This document shows positions 61,226 through 64,000 of a DNA stretch of 64,000 nt, one piece after another. The translations under genes were made by a program, and so were the position numbers. The notes below the pieces were generated by a model. It did not search any database, was not told where the DNA came from, and saw only the letters and a program-made list of their open reading frames with translations. How positions within the stretch are numbered: position 1 is the stretch's first letter; each line of letters starts with the position of its first letter. Origin of the DNA: Bdellovibrionia bacterium (GTDB taxonomy: Bacteria; Bdellovibrionota; Bdellovibrionia; Bdellovibrionales; JAGQZY01); the NCBI GenBank assembly GCA_030424665.1, contig JAUHWN010000003.1, forward strand, positions 6,996 to 70,995, written 5' to 3'.

Positions 61226-62776
61226 ATGAAGGGATTTGTACTAGCAGTTTTAGTTTGCTGCTTTTCATGGACAGCATGGTCCCAAGTCAAAATTGATCCA
61301 TCACTTGCTGGATTTGTTCGAGGAGAAACGGGTCATGCCTATGTCAAAGTCCTCGTACTTATGGAGTACATTCCCATGGAAGCGACTCCAACGATCTACA
61401 ACCGCCAAGAAGTTGTTGATTATTTAAAATACCAATCTCGAGGCGCTTGGTCCTATATCAACAATCACCTCGGAGATAATGAACCGACGGTAAATAACCA
61501 TCTTCAGCCTCTTTACCTCTTTTGGTTGAATCAATCCTTCTCGGCTAATTCGACGCCAGAGGGGATTCAAATTTTGGCTCGAACTCCTGGAATTAAAAAA
61601 ATCTACGCCGATCACTCTATTGAGTATCAAGATCCAATTGCCGGTCGCTGGGCTCAACCCAATTTTCCGGGGTTAGAGAATGATTTACCTTATAACTTTA
61701 AAGCCATTGGTTTAGATCGCTTGATGGCGGAACTTCCCGAAGTCAACGGTCAGGGCGTATTGATGGGATCCATCGATACAGGTGTCGATGCCACACATCC
61801 AGATCTCCAAGGCAAGGTGCCTCTCTTCTTCGATTCACAAAATGGTCAAGTAACAGAACCTTTTGATATGCAATTTCACGGAACACACACCATTGGAACA
61901 ATGATTGGTACCCGTGAAACTGGAATTGGTATTGCTCCCAACGCCCAGTTAATTGCAGCCGGAGGTCTTCAATGGGAAGGTCAAGTCCGTGCGATGGAGT
62001 GGATGCTCAACCCTGACGGTAACGACCAAACTATGAACGATATGCCGAGAGTGGTTAACAACTCTTGGAACTCGCGAGCGGCACCTGACCAAGAGTTTCA
62101 TTACAGAGCTATTTCTGCTTGGGAAGCCGCTGGAATTTTACCTGTCTTTTCGGCTGGAAACTCGGGCCGTAGTGGCCCTCGATCGATCACTCCGCCTAAG
62201 GAGCATCCTGCGACTTTAGCTGTGGGGAACCTCCAACAGGACGGAACTATCAACGAAAGTTCAAGTATTGGACCTGCAGTTTTTGAAGGCAATGATATCC
62301 AGAAGCCAGAGATTTCTGCTCCGGGAACGGATATTAAATCGACAATGCCTGGTAATCAATATGGTGAGCTCACTGGAACGTCAATGGCAGCGCCCCATGT
62401 GTCTGCGGTTGCAGCTCTCGTTTTCCAGGTGGCTCCAAATCTGACTCCTGCCGATGTTAAGAGTCTTCTTATTCGCACGGTAACTCCGCATAACCAAATT
62501 GGTGCACTCGACGGTGTTGGTAACTGGAATCCGAAGTATGGATACGGAAAGTTGAATGCTTACAATGCGGTGAGATCGGCACTTGAAATGGCCAGAAGTG
62601 GTAACTTAACAATGAGCTTTAATGCTGTGTTACCGCGCCAAATGCAAATTGGTCCTCGTTTGAGTAGCCAAGAAGTACTTGAAATGGCAACGCCTCGTTT
62701 ACATCAGGTACTCAATATGCCAAAGCGTTTTGAAGGTCGCACTTGGTTAACGCTGGATCAAATTTATTCTATGTAA
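61226..62776 (+). CDS. Secreted subtilisin-like serine protease (peptidase S8)
   Basis: The ATG at 61226 gives MKGFVLAVLVCCFSWTAWSQ. The track starts at 61199. The catalytic triad blocks are GSIDTGVDATHPDL, HGTHTIGTM and GTSMAAPHVSAVAAL. Confidence 0.88.
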   Translation: MKGFVLAVLVCCFSWTAWSQVKIDPSLAGFVRGETGHAYVKVLVLMEYIPMEATPTIYNRQEVVDYLKYQSRGAWSYINNHLGDNEPTVNNHLQPLYLFWLNQSFSANSTPEGIQILARTPGIKKIYADHSIEYQDPIAGRWAQPNFPGLENDLPYNFKAIGLDRLMAELPEVNGQGVLMGSIDTGVDATHPDLQGKVPLFFDSQNGQVTEPFDMQFHGTHTIGTMIGTRETGIGIAPNAQLIAAGGLQWEGQVRAMEWMLNPDGNDQTMNDMPRVVNNSWNSRAAPDQEFHYRAISAWEAAGILPVFSAGNSGRSGPRSITPPKEHPATLAVGNLQQDGTINESSSIGPAVFEGNDIQKPEISAPGTDIKSTMPGNQYGELTGTSMAAPHVSAVAALVFQVAPNLTPADVKSLLIRTVTPHNQIGALDGVGNWNPKYGYGKLNAYNAVRSALEMARSGNLTMSFNAVLPRQMQIGPRLSSQEVLEMATPRLHQVLNMPKRFEGRTWLTLDQIYSM

Positions 62777-62828
62777 TTAAAATTCTTTTCTGAGAAACCT
62801 TAAGGGGTTTTAAAGTAAAGAGGGGGGT

Positions 62829-62860
62829 AGGAGAGAAGCTTTTGTTTCTCTCCTTTTTTT
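62829..62860 (+). terminator. Rho-independent terminator after the S8 protease gene
   Basis: Stem AGGAGAGAA / TTCTCTCCT with an 8-nt loop, then T7. Its 3' end touches the stop of the convergent gene. Confidence 0.75.
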
Positions 62861-63947
62861 ATTCTTCGTCTTGTTTTTTGATTTCCTCGGTTTCTTGATT
62901 GGGGTCGATCTCACTGGTTTTGACGTATTCGTTGCCTCGAATCTCGGGGTCGATTTCAGGGTAAATTTCGCCGGTACCGGGCTCACCATCGGAAGCTTCA
63001 CTGTTAGCTAATGGGAGAGCGTCTTCAATGTCCTCAGTTTTTTCAAATTCCTCTTCCTCGGTGGGAGCGGCAGCTAGCTCCGCGGGAGATTTTCTTTTGG
63101 ACATTGGCTTGAGTTTAGTAACCAGAAATTGACCAATGAGTTTCGCAAGAAGCTCTGCTCCTTTTGTGTTTATGTGCACGAGATCGGTAGTCCACCTCAT
63201 GCCGGTTCGTCTGCGAGTTTCGCCGACTTGTTCCCATAGGAAATAATATCGAAAGAGAGTTTCACGCATTAATGATCCGCCATCATAGTCTCTGGCGATT
63301 CGACCTACTTGACCTTGACCGAATATGAGATCTTGAAGGGCTTTGTTAAAATCAATAACGATACAATTGTTTGTGCCACCAACCCTGCGAATGACCTCGG
63401 AGTATATGAGGCTTTGTTCTTGCCCCCAGCCATCGACAGTTTCCCCGATCGTTGGCAAGGTGAGCAATACGATTTGAGCGTCGGAGACACCTTGAATAGC
63501 TCGAACAAGATTATTGTAGCGGTCACCAAAATCGTCGGGACCATCGCTAGGGTGATTTCTTGCGACAATCCGTCCCCACATTCCCATGTGGCCGTGTCTT
63601 GAATTTACGATATCGAAAGTTCCGACAAGTATGAAAATATATTTGAAGTTCTTTGTCTTAATCCACGGTACCTTTTGGTAAAGATCTTCAACACAAGCGA
63701 AGTTGTATCCACCATTATAAAACTCGTAATCGGAGAGGCTCTTTTTTTCGGTAATTCGACCGATGAGATTAGCCGCCAATTCACCTCGAATGTTGCTGTC
63801 TCCAAGGAGAAGTACTGAAGTTTTTCCAGGCGAAGTGTCGATGACTGCAGTAAATTCTTTTCCCGATAGAGGGGGGCGCGGCGCGAATTTAATCGTCCAA
63901 ATGAGGAGTGTTATTAGTATTAGGACGCAAAGTATAATAATCATCAT
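62859..63947 (-). CDS. Membrane-anchored SGNH/GDSL-family hydrolase with an acidic C-terminal tail
   Basis: 362 aa with an N-terminal TM (MMIIILCVLILITLLIW). Block I is VLLLGDSNIRGE and block V is DLVHINTKGAELLA. The C-terminal ~70 aa are E/D-rich. Confidence 0.65.
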   Translation of the reverse strand: MMIIILCVLILITLLIWTIKFAPRPPLSGKEFTAVIDTSPGKTSVLLLGDSNIRGELAANLIGRITEKKSLSDYEFYNGGYNFACVEDLYQKVPWIKTKNFKYIFILVGTFDIVNSRHGHMGMWGRIVARNHPSDGPDDFGDRYNNLVRAIQGVSDAQIVLLTLPTIGETVDGWGQEQSLIYSEVIRRVGGTNNCIVIDFNKALQDLIFGQGQVGRIARDYDGGSLMRETLFRYYFLWEQVGETRRRTGMRWTTDLVHINTKGAELLAKLIGQFLVTKLKPMSKRKSPAELAAAPTEEEEFEKTEDIEDALPLANSEASDGEPGTGEIYPEIDPEIRGNEYVKTSEIDPNQETEEIKKQDEE

Positions 63948-64000
63948 TGGATATTTTAAAGTTTAACGAAGTCCGTATTGATTTCAATTGTTTATGGGAA

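Noticed and set aside
1-64000. I searched by eye for CRISPR arrays, rRNA genes, transposases, integrases, and toxin-antitoxin or restriction/defence-type genes.
   Set aside because: I found no regularly spaced direct repeats with unique spacers. I also saw no DDE, tyrosine or serine recombinase motifs and no nuclease or helicase defence-type proteins in any listed ORF.

Overview
This is a 64-kb chromosomal window, about 40-45% GC by eye. There is no rRNA, CRISPR array, transposase or integrase. The gene content looks like a Bdellovibrio-and-like predatory bacterium (Bacteriovoracaceae type): a polar-flagellum export operon, many signal-peptide-bearing orphan proteins, ecotin, periplasmic ankyrin proteins and Flp-type pilins. 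That taxon is an inference and cannot be proven from this sequence.

Layout:
- 1-10.1 kb: one tightly coupled flagellar operon, fliM (partial)-fliN-fliO-fliP-fliQ-fliR-flhB-flhA-flhF-flhG-fliA.
- 10.3-18.9 kb: a GT1 glycosyltransferase, an RpoH-family sigma factor with a histone-H1-like lysine-rich N-terminus, a frame-disrupted aspS, secreted hypotheticals and a receiver-kinase hybrid.
- 19.0-33.5 kb: an accessory-looking envelope region. It holds a 785-aa Cys-rich protein with an elastin-like Gly-rich tail, an orphan Flp/TadE/TadG/CpaB-like pilin module, a translationally coupled operon (PA14 protein, histidine kinase, receiver-kinase, CheY), a polyglycine beta-helix-like protein with a sorting-signal-like C-terminus, and a FecR-like protein with a probable beta-barrel.
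- 33.6-41.3 kb: folD, ecotin, a lytic transglycosylase lipoprotein, an AT-rich orphan gene, gcvT-gcvH and tRNA-Leu(UAG).
- 41.3-51.7 kb: degenerate direct repeats of the tRNA 3' end, then secreted orphans (an HExxH protein, a DUF1653 protein, a protein with an HxQN..RD motif, a DUF4214 protein, a triheme cytochrome c with a YHS-like protein) and an orphan EgtD-like methyltransferase.
- 52-60.5 kb: two tandem secreted ankyrin paralogues and a cbb3 oxidase cluster, ccoI-ccoS-ccoNO (fused)-ccoQ-ccoP-ccoG. ccoQ and ccoS fall below the ORF-track cutoff and were found by hand translation.
- 60.8-64 kb: an S8 protease and an SGNH hydrolase.

The best candidate for an undescribed system is the 19-33.5 kb envelope locus, which combines Gly-rich fibre-like proteins, a Tad-like pilin set and a dedicated phosphorelay. 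All functional readings of it are inference from sequence motifs only.
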